Source: Pristiophorus japonicus
Taxonomy: Eukaryota
Assembly (NCBI RefSeq): GCF_044704955.1
Contig: NC_091999.1
Location: 11,594,001-11,658,000 of the forward strand
Direction of reading: 5' to 3'
DNA: 64,000 nt
The stretch's first letter is position 1. Every line of letters starts with the position of its first letter. Shown in pieces: positions 11,301 through 23,941 of this stretch. The position numbers and the translations under genes are program-made. Below the pieces are notes generated by a model, which did not search any database, had not been told where the DNA came from, and saw only the letters and a list, made by a program, of their open reading frames with translations.

Positions 11301-12314
11301 GCCATTTTCCTTCAGACCTTCACTCCCTGTTTCCTGAAGTTTCGCTGCATGGAGAGACTCCTATTCAATTTACCTTTCGTAATATCTCATGCAGTTATTC
11401 CATAGTATCAGCTACTTCTGTGTAAAGAATTGCATTTCTCACTACAAAAATGTATCTTTTGCGGGATTAACTCGGTTGATGTCCGGGCCATGGAAGGCTG
11501 CGTCTCCCACAATTCACATTGGCAGAGGAAAGCCGTTAATTTTGACACTGGTCCCGCTGTACTCTTGGAGATAAGATCGCACATGCGCACCTCACCAACC
11601 ATTCTAGCGACAACTGTATATTTCTCTCTTTTTTTCGATTAAGATGCAAAGTTGTTTTCTTGTAAATTGAAGTAACTGTTCCTTTCAATCGAGCAATTTT
11701 ATGTAAATCAATGGAAGCGATTCACCACGTGGTACTTCACACAAAGATGGCGGATGTGTTGCACGCCAGTGTGCCCTGCAGTGGATGACGCCACAATTCT
11801 TTTTTCACGTTACAGCACCATAATGGACTGTTTCTCCCTTTGAATCAAGGACAGAGGTCACAGTCCGTCTCCTGAATAGCACACGAGCCCTATGTGGTGC
11901 GGTCTGTGACCCCTGACTCAGCGCTGTGACCACAAAATATCAGCTCTTAAACGATCCGAGCGCCGCCCGAGTTTTTCTGTTAGTTTTGGTACTTGCGGCG
12001 AGTTGATAGGACTTTGAATAAGAATGGGAAGGAAATTAAGTTTAATCCTTCAAGTATTCGTTCATTCAGTTGGTTGTTAAACAGCAATTCCACATATTAT
12101 CTAATAATTTATATTGTTCAGTTATTCAAAAGGAGAACATGTAATTTTGTTTGAAAATAAAGACAATATTGATGTTATTCATTTATATATCTTAACATAA
12201 TAAAGCAGTAGGAATATAGCAGTTGGCCATTCATCCCCTCAAGCCTTTCCATCATTCTAAAAACCTAGTGGCCAATCTCTGGCAGCAAACAGAAATAAAT
12301 GAAATTGCCTATTA

Positions 12315-13900
12315 AATCAAACTAATGGGACGAAATGTAAGTAAGTCCCCTGGACCAGATGTCATCCATCCTACGGTCTTAAAGAAGTTGGCTGCAGAGA
12401 TAGTGGATCCAATGCTTGCAATCTACCAAAATTTCCTGGATGATGGCGAGGTCCCAGCGGACTGGAACACGGCAAATGTGATGCCCCTATTTCAGAAAGG
12501 GGAGAGAAAAAAAGCTGCAAACTATAGCCCAGTTTGCCTAATATCTGCCTTTGGGAAATGCTGCAGTCCATCATTAAGGAGTAGTAGCAAGTCACTTAAA
12601 AAATCATAATGCTGTCAAGCAGAGTCAGCATGGTATTATGAAAGGGAAATCATGTTTGACAAATTTGCTCGAGTTCTTTGAGGAAGTAACGAGCAGGGTG
12701 GATATAGCGCATCCAGTAGATGTCGTGTAATTGGATCTCCAGAAAGCATTCATTAAGGTGCCACATAAAAGATTACTGCACAAGATAAGAGTTTGTGGGT
12801 TTTGGGTTTTATATTAGCGTGGATAGTGGATTGGCAAACTAACAGAATGCAGAGAGTCGGGATAAATCATTCATTTTCATGTTGGCAAACCGTAACTAGC
12901 GGGGTGCCAAAGTGATCAGTGCTGGGGCCTCAACTATTTACAAGGTATATTAATGCCTTCGATGAAGGGATCGAACGTCATATAACCAAATTTGCTGATG
13001 ATAAAAAAGAAGTTGGAAAGCAAGTTGTGTGGAGGACGGGAAGTATTTACAAAGGGATATAGATAGGTTAATTAAGTAGGCAACAAGTTGACAGTTGGTA
13101 TATATGGTGCGGAAATGTGAGGATATCAACTTTGGTAGAAAAAATAAAAAAGCTAATAATTATTTTAATTATGGAGAGATTACAAAATGCATCGGTACAG
13201 AGAGATCTGTGCGTCCTTGTACATGAAACACAAAAAAGTTAGCATGCAGGTACAGCAAGTAATTAGGAAAGCAAATGGAATTTTGGCCTTTATTGCAAGG
13301 GGGTTAGAAAATAAAAGCAGAGACGTCTGGCTACAACTGTACAGGATACTGGTGACACCACACCTAAAATACTGTGTACAGTTTGGTACCCTTATTTAAG
13401 GAAGGATATAATTGCATTAGAGGCAGCTCAGAGATATTTCACGAGCTTGATTCCTGAGATGAAGCTGTTGTCTTATGAAGAAAGATTGAGCAGGTTGGAC
13501 CTATTCTAACTGGAGTTTAGAAGATCGAGAGGTGGTCTTGTTGAAAGGTGTAAGATTCTGAGGGTTCATAACACGGTACATGCAGAGAGGATATTTTGCC
13601 GAGTGGGGGAATCTAGAATGCATCGTTTCAGAATAAGCATTCGCACATTTAATTCCAAATAAGGATTCATTTTTGGGATTCTCTACCACAGAGAGTTGTA
13701 AAGTCTGGCGCATTGAATTTATTTAAGATGGAGATATACAAGTTTGTGAAGGATAAGTGAGTCAAGGGTTGTGGGAATCTGGCGGGGAAGTGGGGTTGAG
13801 GCCAAAATCAGATCAGCCATGATCATTTTGAATGGTGGTACAGGTTCGAGAAGTCAAATGGCCTACGCCTGCTCCCATTTCTTATTTGCTTATGTTCTTA
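12315..13900 (+). mobile_element. 5'-truncated CR1 LINE (RT region to 3' tail), decayed
   Basis: KSPGPDVIHPTVLK..WNTANVMPLFQKG..NYSPV and QQVIRKANGILAFIARG..LVTPHLKYCVQF with frameshifts; TTCTTATG-like tail. Confidence 0.9.
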
Positions 13901-14486
13901 CGTTTCACTTTCTTATTAATTCTCGGCCGGCCAGCGTCGCTGAGGAGCCCAGAATTTATTCAACATTCCCCAGATTCGTCTTGATAACCTGATGGTGGCC
14001 CTTTTCTTAGACTGCTGCATTTCTGCTCTTTCCACCCGTTTGATACAATTGACTGGCCTACTGGGACACTTCAGGGAACATTCAAGAGAAAACCACGTTG
14101 TGTATGGCACCAGAGTCCCATAAGGGACAGAGCCGGAAAAGTCAGCAATTGTCCTTCCCAATTAGGGACGTTGGTGACGTAGTTGCGGTTTTAGCACTAT
14201 CCGAGTTTCACGGTCATTTTGACTGATAAATGCTTCTTATATATTTGTAAATCATCTGAATTTGAATTTCGAAACTGCTATAGTAGAAGTTTAACTACTG
14301 TACTCTAGATTATTAGCTCACTCAAAGGGATTACGTGGCGAGTAGCAGAACGAGCACACTTTTCATTTTCTCTGCCTCAACCAATCGATATAACAGTGTC
14401 AAGAATAATATAAACACAGAGTTGGTTTAGTGCAGTCATAACTCAGACAGGTAAACTTAATGTAATGTAAAATTAGATAGAGGTAG

Positions 14487-14830
14487 ATATATATATATAT
14501 ATATATATATAGATAGATATATATTAGACTTTTATATATATATATATATATATATTTATAAATATAGGGAAGAACAGATGGAGATAAATAGATAGAGAAA
14601 CAGATTGAAATAAACGAAGGGAAAGAGAGTGAGATATAATGAGAGAGTGAAACAATGAGTGATTGAGACAGAGAGAGAGACAGTGCGAACAACGGAGAGA
14701 GAGTGTGTGAGGGAGAGAGAGATGAAGAAAAAGGGACATAATGAGAGACAAAGAGACAGACAGAGAGGCAGATAGGCAGACACAGACAGGGATCGAATGA
14801 GATACATCGAATGAGAGAGAGTCAGCTGGA
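14487..14830. repeat. (TA)n and (GA)n microsatellite/low-complexity tract
   Basis: Visible dinucleotide runs; paralog at ~51760-52080. Confidence 0.9.
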
Positions 14831-15189
14831 GACAAGAGCTCTAGAGATATTGAAAATGATAGATGTTGAAATAGAGTGACAGAGAAAGAACCGCAGCGAG
14901 CGAAACAGAGAGACGAGCCGACGCAAAGGTTTTACATTCTTAAACTAAAGAAAGGAAGAAGAAAAATCAAACGATTCAGTCTAAAGTCTAGAGACAAGGG
15001 GTGAGATAGGACAGGCATTCACAGCTAATATAATTCCGCCGGTGGACGTCACCAGCTCTTGTTAAGAATTGTATTTTATTTGACTTTTAAGAAGGTCTCT
15101 GTGAATCTCAATGTTGAGGCTGAATTATCGCTTCTGTGTGTCAGCGTGAGAGCGGCCTCTGGTGAGCTCTGACTGGAATTCTCAGTGTA

Positions 15190-15675
15190 GGTTTTTGTAC
15201 AGGATGCGCTATATCACTGCACCAGTGTGGGAATCATGGCACAGAAATACACGGCGGTGTCTGAGATCAAGGCCTTGCTGATCGTTAGCTCAGTCATCTT
15301 AGTAGCTTTATGAAACGCAGGTCGGTGAAGTCAGGGTTTTGGTTTACTGTCGATCCATAGAGATAAAACACGTACTGTGGGGGCTGCCCGGGGTGTTGAC
15401 TGTACCAGAACACAGAAGGGCTTGGATAGCTGGTTTTCAAGGTGCAGTTTAATGTGACATTACTTTCCTCTTCAAACGTAATTTCGAGAAACGACTGTTC
15501 CACTGTGTCTTGTTGGCTCCATTCTAAAATAAAATAATAGTAGTAGTCATCATCACATTATCACATCATTATCGGTTTACCAATAATAACATCGGGAAGA
15601 ATTATTATTTTTGTGAAGAAAATACTTACTGAGAAGTGATATAATGATGGTGAGCAGTGCGAGACTTTTCCACAT
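15190..15675 (-). pseudogene. V segment family I copy 1 (pseudogene) with RSS
   Basis: Leader MWKSLALLTIIISLL (15675-15630, GTAAGT), V exon 15523-15230 with a 10-nt deletion relative to I2 (frameshift after NPDFTD). RSS CACACTG-24-ACAAAAACC (15229-15190). Confidence 0.92.
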
Positions 15676-16291
15676 GATGCTCCCTGAGTTTGTAACTCTG
15701 CAGTCCGGGAAGTCGTCTGTTGGAGCAGTCGTACAGATCCACGCCCCACTGCACTGCTGGTCCAACCAATGTCAAGCAGGGAATAGCGTCAGCAATCTCT
15801 CCAATTACACAGGGCAGGCAAGGCGGGGCAAAGCGACAGCAGCAAAACGAAGCTGTGGGCGTGGCTGTCGCAGACAGTGCTGTCACACGTAGCATCGATC
15901 TATAAGAACAGAATTCAATAATAATACCCCCGTCTCAAATTATACAACTCTTCCTCTTGATAAGAGCTGCGTTAGTTTCACATTTATTACAAATTCGAGG
16001 CAAGCGGATTGGCGACAGGAATTGCAGAATTATTACATTATTCAATAGTTACCGAAATCTTCAACAGTGAAGTAGGTTAAAACCAGGGGTTTAGATAATC
16101 GAAGGGAAAGAGAACAGAACTGTAAGAAAATGTATAACATTAATGAGCTTAAATGTGAAATCAAAAGGAATGTCATCTTAATTTATATTGAACAATATAA
16201 TTCCAGATTGAACACCGCCCTTTGACTGAACTGATCGCTTTTGGAACCGATTTGACTGTTAAACAGTCTATACAGGCTTTGCTCAGAGAGG

Positions 16292-16620
16292 AGAAGTTGT
16301 ACGAGAACGGGGCGATTCCCTGCACTGTGGTTGGCAGCACAGCAATAGGTTCTGAGCTCCGCCAACTCCGCCTGGCCAAAGCCGAGTGTGCTCAGACTTT
16401 GGTCCCATTCGGTGTGGATCTCAAACCGGATTTGGTGGCGTTCTGCTTTGAATCCACAATGGATGTATCTCGGGGTCGCGCTCACCAGCCGGTTGTACCA
16501 ACAGATGTTGTCGATCGTGCTGAACCCGCGCTGGATTCTGACAGGATTTCCTTCCACTGCGAATTCTCAGGCAGGTAGAGAAATCTGGGTCAAACTCGGT
16601 GCACCTTTCGACAAAATTTA
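16292..16620 (-). pseudogene. V segment family L copy 1 (pseudogene)
   Basis: SLTQISLPA*EFAVEGNPVRIQR(Cys23>Arg)GFSTIDNICWYNR..ELAELRTYCCAAN; RSS CACAGTG(16329-16323)-22-ACAACTTCT. Confidence 0.75.
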
Positions 16621-17376
16621 AGAATTACATGGAATGTACAGCACAGAAACTGCTGATAGAATCAGAGAACAATTGGGAAATAGAGAAGAGAAAGATTTAA
16701 AGAAAGTGAACATTGAAAAGAATTGTAAACATAGGTAGAGGAAAAGAGAATGAAAGTATGAAAGAAAAAATGAGAAAGACAAAGAGACAAATCCGTGCAA
16801 TAACGAAAGTGGAGAGGACAGCAAATGAGAAAAGACGGAAAGAGAAAAGAAGGAAGGTGATAAGTAATGAGAGAAGGACAGCGCTAATAGTTAAGAGAAA
16901 GCCATGAACATATTCAGAAATAAAGTAAAATATCCTTTCCTTGACATTCACTCAAATTACACTTCTACCTAGTTAGACAGTTGAATTATCTGAAACAGTA
17001 CACATTGTATCCAAATAATAGGCCGCTGGGAACCAGCCTATTGATGAACTCACACTTTACTCTGCACATTATCCTGACTGTGTGAAGTCCTCAGAGTCAC
17101 CGTCAGAGGGCGCCGTGAGCACATCTTTCTCACCGTTATCAACTGGAAATTATATTGACAAATCTTGCATTAACACTGCCCACGGCACCCCCGCCCATAG
17201 CTTCCATTGGCCGCTCTCACTCTGACGTGCCTTGCCAGCCCTGTGTTGTTGGAGAGATTGCTGCCGCTGCTCCATGTTTGAATTGGATGGATCAGCATTG
17301 CAGTGGCGCGGGGATCTGTAATTCTGCTCCCACAGACGATTTCCAGGACTGCAGAGTTACAGACTCAGGGAGCGTC

Positions 17377-17921
17377 ATGCAGAACCATCTCACACTGCTC
17401 CTCACCGTTATATCACTTCTCAGTAATTATTTCCTTCCCATTAAAAATCATTTCTCCCCCTGCCTGCTGTAACTCAGGTGTTGTTATTGGCAAAATGCAA
17501 TTGATGATTATGGTTACGTTGACTGAGATAGTGGTGATGATGATCATGCTGACTCGTTCTATTATTTTCTGTTAGAATTGAGCCAACAAGATAAAATGGA
17601 ACAGCCGGTCCCTGAAATGATGGTTGAGGAGGAAAGTAATGTCACACTAACCTGCACTTTGATAACCAGCAATGCTAGCCCTTTTGGGCACTGGTACAGT
17701 CAGCATCCCGGGAAGTCTCTACAGTATCTGCTTCATTTCATCGGAGTGAATGTAGACCTGAACCCCACATTTACTGATCGATATTCTCTCCTACGTTTAA
17801 TAAAATTGCCAAGATTACCGAGATAACGATCGGCAAAGCCCGGATATCTGACACCGCCATGTATTTCTGCGCCATGAGACTCACACTGCTACAGCGTTAT
17901 AGTGGATCACGTACGAAAGCC
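17377..17921 (+). pseudogene. V segment family J (relative of I) copy 1 (pseudogene) with RSS
   Basis: Leader 17377-17422, V exon 17576-17881 with a +2 frameshift after FTDR, ends DTAMYFCAMR. RSS CACACTG(17882)-24-ACGAAAGCC(17913-17921). Confidence 0.92.
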
Positions 17922-17945
17922 CTCACTGAGAGTTCCAGTTGCTGC

Positions 17946-17959
17946 GCACCAGAGGGCGC
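17946..17959 (+). promoter_or_regulatory. CTCF-like motif GCACCAGAGGGCGC 24 bp downstream of the J1 RSS
   Basis: Close match to the CTCF core CCASYAGRKGGCRS; same offset behind the I1, I2 and J2 RSSs. Confidence 0.6.
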
Positions 17960-18034
17960 TCTCACACCGATAATCAGAAGCAATAATTCTCCACAGTCAG
18001 AGTCATAGGGAGACTCTTAAATGCGCGAGAAAAC

Positions 18035-18365
18035 AAAATCAACGACAAGTCTCCCCTTCTGCTTCTGTCTTCACTCTTGAAGATAGCCTCTAGGTGACAG
18101 AATCTCAGTGATTCTGGTCTGAAAATAGATGTTCAACACGGGAAAGAAAAGAGTGTTGGGTGTATGCAAGACAGATCCTAAGCATGTCGCAAATTAGGGA
18201 AAAGAGGAAATGTATTTGTTCCATCATCTTTACCACCATCAATTTAACAATAATAACACCAGTGAAGGTGGAGGGTGGGGCGGGGAAGAATGGATTTTCG
18301 CTGGAAAGGGAATACTTACTGGGAAGCGATATAATGATGAGGAGCAGTGCGAGACGGTTCCACAT
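18035..18365 (-). pseudogene. Truncated V family K copy 1 (leader plus FR1 fragment)
   Basis: Leader MWNRLALLLIIISLP|GTAAGT (18365-18320); acceptor TTTTCAG, exon from 18118 QNH*DSVT*RLSSRVKTEAEGETC, then homology ends. Confidence 0.7.
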
Positions 18366-19579
18366 GATACTCTCTGAGTCTGTAATTCTGCATTAAGCCT
18401 AACTCGCAGTATTACTTTAAACTGAACTGTGAAAGTTGAACCTGGGGACATGGATTCAATGTATAAAAATTCATTTTAGGACTGGTATCACGAAGTTATT
18501 CGCACACACACCGATTGATTAATGTGTGCAATATAGAGTGGCGGAGGGAAATACTTCAGCATAGTTTCAGGAAAATTTTGAGGCTTCAATGAAGGGTGGC
18601 AGTTAGGATCTCTCTGGATAGATCAGGCAAGATCAACCGAATGGCTACCCTTGTTCTCAGATCTGGTGAACTGCAAAACGGCAGAATTTGTACCTTGTAG
18701 TTGCAGGTAGTCACCAGCTTAGGGAAGTGGGCAGATGTACACACTCTTGGTTTCAGTGTGAGTGCGAGGTGCAGAAGGTCAAAATCGTCCAGTTTCTTTG
18801 TTTAATATTTAAAATTAAAATTATTAAAGTATTATTAATGACATAATATAAGTATTGTATTGATAAGCTCAACATAGTACCACCGGTCTATCCGCTGCTC
18901 GCACCCTCCCATTTTGCTGAAACTTGTCAGTCATTCCCAATTTCATTCATATAATAGGTGGCGTTTGTATAATTTACCGTGTCTTTGTGTTTAAAAGCCG
19001 CAGGACCCACTGGCTGTCTATATTAACCTTTAGATCAAGAGTGGGTAGATCTAATGGTCAGTGAGCAGCTACTGTAATGGGAGCCTCTGCTGATACATGT
19101 ACAACATTGATTGTTTCCCTTTACTGCCCCCACATTATAGATTACACCAGTTTAGAGATTTGAGACCCAGTTGCATCTGAAAACAGTGGATGATTTGATT
19201 TTCTGCCCAACAACGTGAAATTTATGTTTTTATTCATTCAGGGACCAATACTCATCAGTTAAAGAGAGTAGCAAATCGATTGCACCGAGGGAACGTGACT
19301 GGTCTGATTGTGTCGAGAAAGAGAAGCAAAATATGATAAGTGTACAACCCGTGACTCAGGGATGAGCGGGTGCAGCTAGTAATATGATCCTCAGGAATTG
19401 CCTGACTGGTTGTTAAAAGTTTTGGCACATTACTGAGACCTAATGAATCCAATTCTGGAATAGTTTGCATCGAGTCTGTTCCTCATTTATCTCAAAATAT
19501 CGACAACTGAACATACATCAATATCCTCCTCAAGGTATCAATTATCGTGTGCCCGTCCATGTTTATTCTGGTATTTGTA

Positions 19580-19920
19580 CCTGTGTGTGTTTTAGTGTGC
19601 GTCTAATTATGTTTATGTGTTTATGTGTGTCTGTGTATGTGTCTGAGTGTGCGAGTGTGACTGTATGTATGAATTGTGTGTGAGTCTGTTTTTGTGAGTC
19701 TGTGTGTGTGTGTGTTTGAGTTTGTGTGTTTTAGTTTGAGTGTGTGTGTCTGTGTTTGTGAGTGTCTGTGTGTGTGTGTATGAGTCTGTGTTTTTGTGTG
19801 TGTGTAAGTCTGTGTGTGTGTGTGTTTGCGTCTGTGTTTATATGTTTGAGTGTGTCTGTATGTCGGTGGTTGTGTCGGTGGTTGTGTCGGTGTTTGTGTC
19901 TGTGTGCGGGTGTCTGTGGC
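19580..19920. repeat. (TG)n-rich low-complexity tract
   Basis: Visible TG runs; paralog at ~56950-57225. Confidence 0.9.
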
Positions 19921-20214
19921 CATGTGCTTGGTTCCAATCCTCTGTGTGAGGCCTGTATTGGATACAGGGGTGCGCTCTCTGATCACTTGTTAAAGAGCTT
20001 GCATCTCAAGCAAAGCAGAACGAAATATACGTCAATAACCTCCAAGGATATCAAACACTGTCTGTATTTTTGTTTATTTTGTTGTGTATGTAACCTATGT
20101 TGCTAAGACTGCATCTATTAATGGGATGTATTGAATGCAGTAATTTCTGCACATTATTTCATATTAACGAGAGAGAATTAGATAAAGAATGATAGGAAGA
20201 GACAGAGAGAGAGA

Positions 20215-20284
<70 letters not shown>

Positions 20285-20533
20285 CTGTGACACAGATATG
20301 CATACCGAGTTAAATAGACATATATAAAAAGAGACAAAGACACACACAAATATCCAATTAAAGAGTTTGGAGAGATTTGGCACAACTAACACTCATTGGT
20401 GCAAAGCTGAAGACATTTGTGAGAGACCATCCAACCCTGTTCCTGGAAACGCCCCTCAGTTTCTCAATAAGAGAAGCCTGCCTTGATTTGGGTTTAATTC
20501 TGTTATTTTCTGTCGGACTCTATTCCAGACACC

Positions 20534-20974
20534 ATGTATGCCCTATATTCCTTATTGATAATAATGGTCGTGCGGCCTGGTGAGTCTATGTATAAAACAG
20601 CAGTGTGTGTTTCATGATTTAAAATCACTCCTAGACTTTTGACGCATTCTGTATTTTGTAACAGGAACGAATGGCGAAAATTCAGTGTCCCAGGATCCGT
20701 CAGAATTAAAGTTTCAGGAAGGACAGACCATAATACTGAATTGCAGGTACTCCACATCCGATAACTTACCCTACCTTTTCTGGTATGTCCAATATCCCGG
20801 GGAAGCTCCGAGATATTTACTGAAGAGATACGGCAAGGAGGGGCAGGCGGATCAGTCTCCAGATCTCCCAGACCGGATCTCTGCTGATTTGGACCAAGAC
20901 AAGAAATCGGTTCCTTTAAATATCTCCGGGGCTCTTGTCTCTGATTTTGCCATCTATTACTGTGTGCTGCGCCT
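20534..20974 (+). CDS. TCR alpha/delta-type V segment, family A copy 2 (apparently functional; exons 20534-20579 and 20665-20974)
   Basis: Leader MYALYSLLIIMVVRP|G with GTGAGT donor; V exon TNGENSVSQDPSELKFQEGQTIILNCRYSTSDNLPYLFWYVQYPGEAPRYLLKR..SGALVSDFAIYYCVLR is open. Confidence 0.93.
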
Positions 20975-21013
20975 CACACTGTTACAGGCGCGCAGTCAGC
21001 CCGTACAAAAAAC
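20975..21013 (+). other. 23-RSS of V A2
   Basis: CACACTG + 23 nt + ACAAAAAAC. Confidence 0.92.
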
Positions 21014-21742
21014 AGCAAAAGACTCTCATCTCCTGTCACTGGATCAGATCTGTGACCTGGATTGTTAACTAATAATGGAACATAAACCAAAGGATAAAAC
21101 TATTTTCACCAAATGACGGATTTCTCTGCTGTAGACTCTGTGAAATTCTATGCAATATCACCTTTATATTAGCTGCTTCTAATGTTCAAGGAGCAGCACT
21201 TTTAAAAAGAGACTCTGACACTGATACCAGAACAACGTTAGCTATATACCGTCACTGCCTCCGCCGCATATATTGCCCCTGTTAAAGGGCCAACATTGAG
21301 TTTAATCCCGTGTTAAATGGCCAACATTGGATTTAATCCTCAGACAGTTCTCTGTTATGAACATTTTTTCACATCTTTCCCTGCTGCCCGCTCTGACGTC
21401 GTGAATTGCAGAACAAACAATCTGTGAGCTGACTGGATGAATTGGAGAAAAAAGCTCAGTGAGCAGATTGGTTGACTTGGGGAACAAAGGGCTTTAAGAT
21501 GATTTGATCAATTGGAGGAAATAGGAGCTGAAGTCTGATTGGCTGAAATGGCGAACAAGGGAACTGTGAAATGATTGGCTGCATTGGAGAGCTGAGGACA
21601 CGTGAGTTGATTGTATATCACCTGCTGACACTGTCAGCAACGATCCAATCAGCAGAGAGGCCGGATATTAGTCAACATCTCCCCACTCTTGACGAAAAAC
21701 ATTTTCAGGTTCAACCCGTTCTGTTGAAATCTGCCATCAAAC

Positions 21743-22621
21743 ATGTTGTATGTTACTTCTTATGTGATCATCATAGCTGCAGCTCTCTTAACTGGTAAGT
21801 TCACAAGTTGCACAAGACTGTGCTGCAAATCTACATCATACATTATAATTAATTGGTCACTAACCTGAAAACAAGAATATCAATAGATTGATTCAAGTGA
21901 AGACCATCAGGATGAACCTTGACTCAACACTAAGCACTGTTGGGGAAACTCGCCAAAATCCCCCAATGAATGAAAGCGGTTGAGTTCAGATGAATGACAG
22001 ACAGATTCGCCAGGCCCGCCGGTACCAATGACGGACTTTGACAGACACAACGGTGTCAATACCACAGAACGTTTGTAGATTTCCATTCACATCACAAGAG
22101 GTGAAGGTGAGGCATTGAACCCGCTGAAGGTTTATTAAATGAAGTTTTATTCAGTCGATCCAAGCACCTTTCCGTTGCAGATGTGGCGAAATGTATTACT
22201 GTTTAACTGACCAGAGTTACTTCTCAGCTAAGTGTTGGGAGTGACGGTTGATTCTGGGGCATAGACACAGAGAAGTGACATTGTTTAATTTAATATCGCT
22301 CTGGGCTCTTGCAGGACATTGTCGAGGAGACTCCGTTTCACAGACACCGCCTGTAACAACAGTAAGTGAAGAAGACGATGTCCACTTGCACTGTAATTAT
22401 ACAGCTACAAGCACCAGCAATCCTGAACTATTCTGGTACCGTCAGTATCCCAGCGGATCCATAGAGTATTTGCTGCAGATTAACAAATACAGCGGGCAAA
22501 AAGAGAGACCTCCAGGGGACCGTTTTTCAGCGAAGCTCAATGATTTGAGCCGCACCGTCCAGCTGAATGTGTCTGAGACACAACTGACAGACTCCGCGGT
22601 GTATTACTGCGCACTGAGCCG
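21743..22621 (+). CDS. TCR alpha/delta-type V segment, family B copy 2 (apparently functional; exons 21743-21794 and 22315-22621)
   Basis: Leader MLYVTSYVIIIAAALLT|G; V exon DSVSQTPPVTTVSEEDDVHLHCNYTATSTSNPELFWYRQ..DSAVYYCALS is open. Confidence 0.94.
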
Positions 22622-22660
22622 CACAGAGACACAGAGCTGGGCTGGACCTGTACAAAAACT
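22622..22660 (+). other. 23-RSS of V B2
   Basis: CACAGAG + 23 nt + ACAAAAACT. Confidence 0.92.
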
Positions 22661-23902
22661 GTCAGAGCATCGCTCAATACAGCATCGCGTCAGGGGAACA
22701 TTATGATCAGCGGAAATTCTGAGCTGGTCCCTGCATTTATGGTCAGATATTCTTCTGTTAATTTTTATACGTATTTACCTTTACTCATAAAAATATATCT
22801 TCCTGGCACACAAGTGAAAGGGGAAGAAAGAATGCAAGAAGACATTGCATGTATACAGCGTCTTTCACGATCTCAGGACGTCACAAAGCCTTTTACAATG
22901 ATTCCACTAAGTTTTATAAATGTCGTCGCTGTTGTAATGTAGGAATCGCGGCAGCCAATCTGCACACAGCGAGATCCCACAGCGAGCAATATTTATGACG
23001 ATAGTCTGTTTTTAGTGATGCTGATTGAGGGGTAAATATTGGCCAGGAGACATGGGAGTACTCCTCTGCTCTCTTTCCATATAGTAATATTGTGATATTT
23101 TACAAACACCTGTGAGAGCAGACGGGATTAACATCTCATGCAAAAGCCGCTATCTCCAATAATTCAGCATTAACTGACTACTGCACTGAAGCATCAGCCT
23201 AGATTAGGTGCTCATATCTCTGGACTGAGCTGTGAATCCTCAAAAACTGAATCCTAACACTTGCAGATTCGACCTTGTTCCAGTAACTCTAGAACATCGG
23301 TACCTTAATGAATAATAAATATTATATATACGCAAACACAAATGCAGATCGAATGTGATATGACATTACAGAGGTAACCTGGCTGATAACTGGCAGGCTG
23401 GAATAAAACGGCCTCTATGGCCTCGGCTTCTGTCACTGAGCAAGGGGACCAGTTGTATCAATGCAACTACACATAGAAAGGAATCACCGAAATCGGGAAA
23501 TGCAGGAGGATATTTAAGTGTAAACATGAATGTTACAGGAGAATGTACCTAATGCTGTCGATGAGTCGTCACACACCAGCATAAAATAAACAAACACTCA
23601 GTAAAGTGATTGACTCGGGTGAATATAATCCCACAATTACGCAATGCTAAAACGTTCAACACACCAAAGACTGCACTCACCGAGTGACTGGCTCCACAGG
23701 CCGATACTTTAGGCTGTGACAGTTAGTGACTCTGATCAAACCCACTATCAGCTGGAAATTATAGAGACAAGGCTTGCGGTAACATTGCCTACGGCAGCCC
23801 TGCCCTCAGCTTCGGTTTGCTGCTCTCGCTCTGATCCACTTTGCCTGCCCAGTGTTATTGAAGAGATTGCTGCAGCTGTTACGGGTCTCTAAATAGAATG
23901 GC

Positions 23903-23941
23903 GGCTTTTGTACAGTGACGACCGCGTTTCCTGTCAGTGTG
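23903..23941 (-). other. 23-RSS of V C2
   Basis: Minus strand CACACTG + 23 nt + ACAAAAGCC. Confidence 0.9.

Noticed and set aside
11400-12000. Possible minus-strand V relics (GTSVKING.., DRLRADIL..), paralog ~48660-49290
   Set aside because: Too degenerate; I could not establish a consistent frame or an RSS by eye.
19621-20392. ORFs rich in HT/CV/SL repeats
   Set aside because: These are translations of TG and GA microsatellites.
22248-22706. 152-aa ORF as a standalone gene (also 59584-60042, 52318-52755, 55003-55425)
   Set aside because: The ORF ends include intron and RSS read-through; the true units are spliced leader plus V exon ending at the heptamer.
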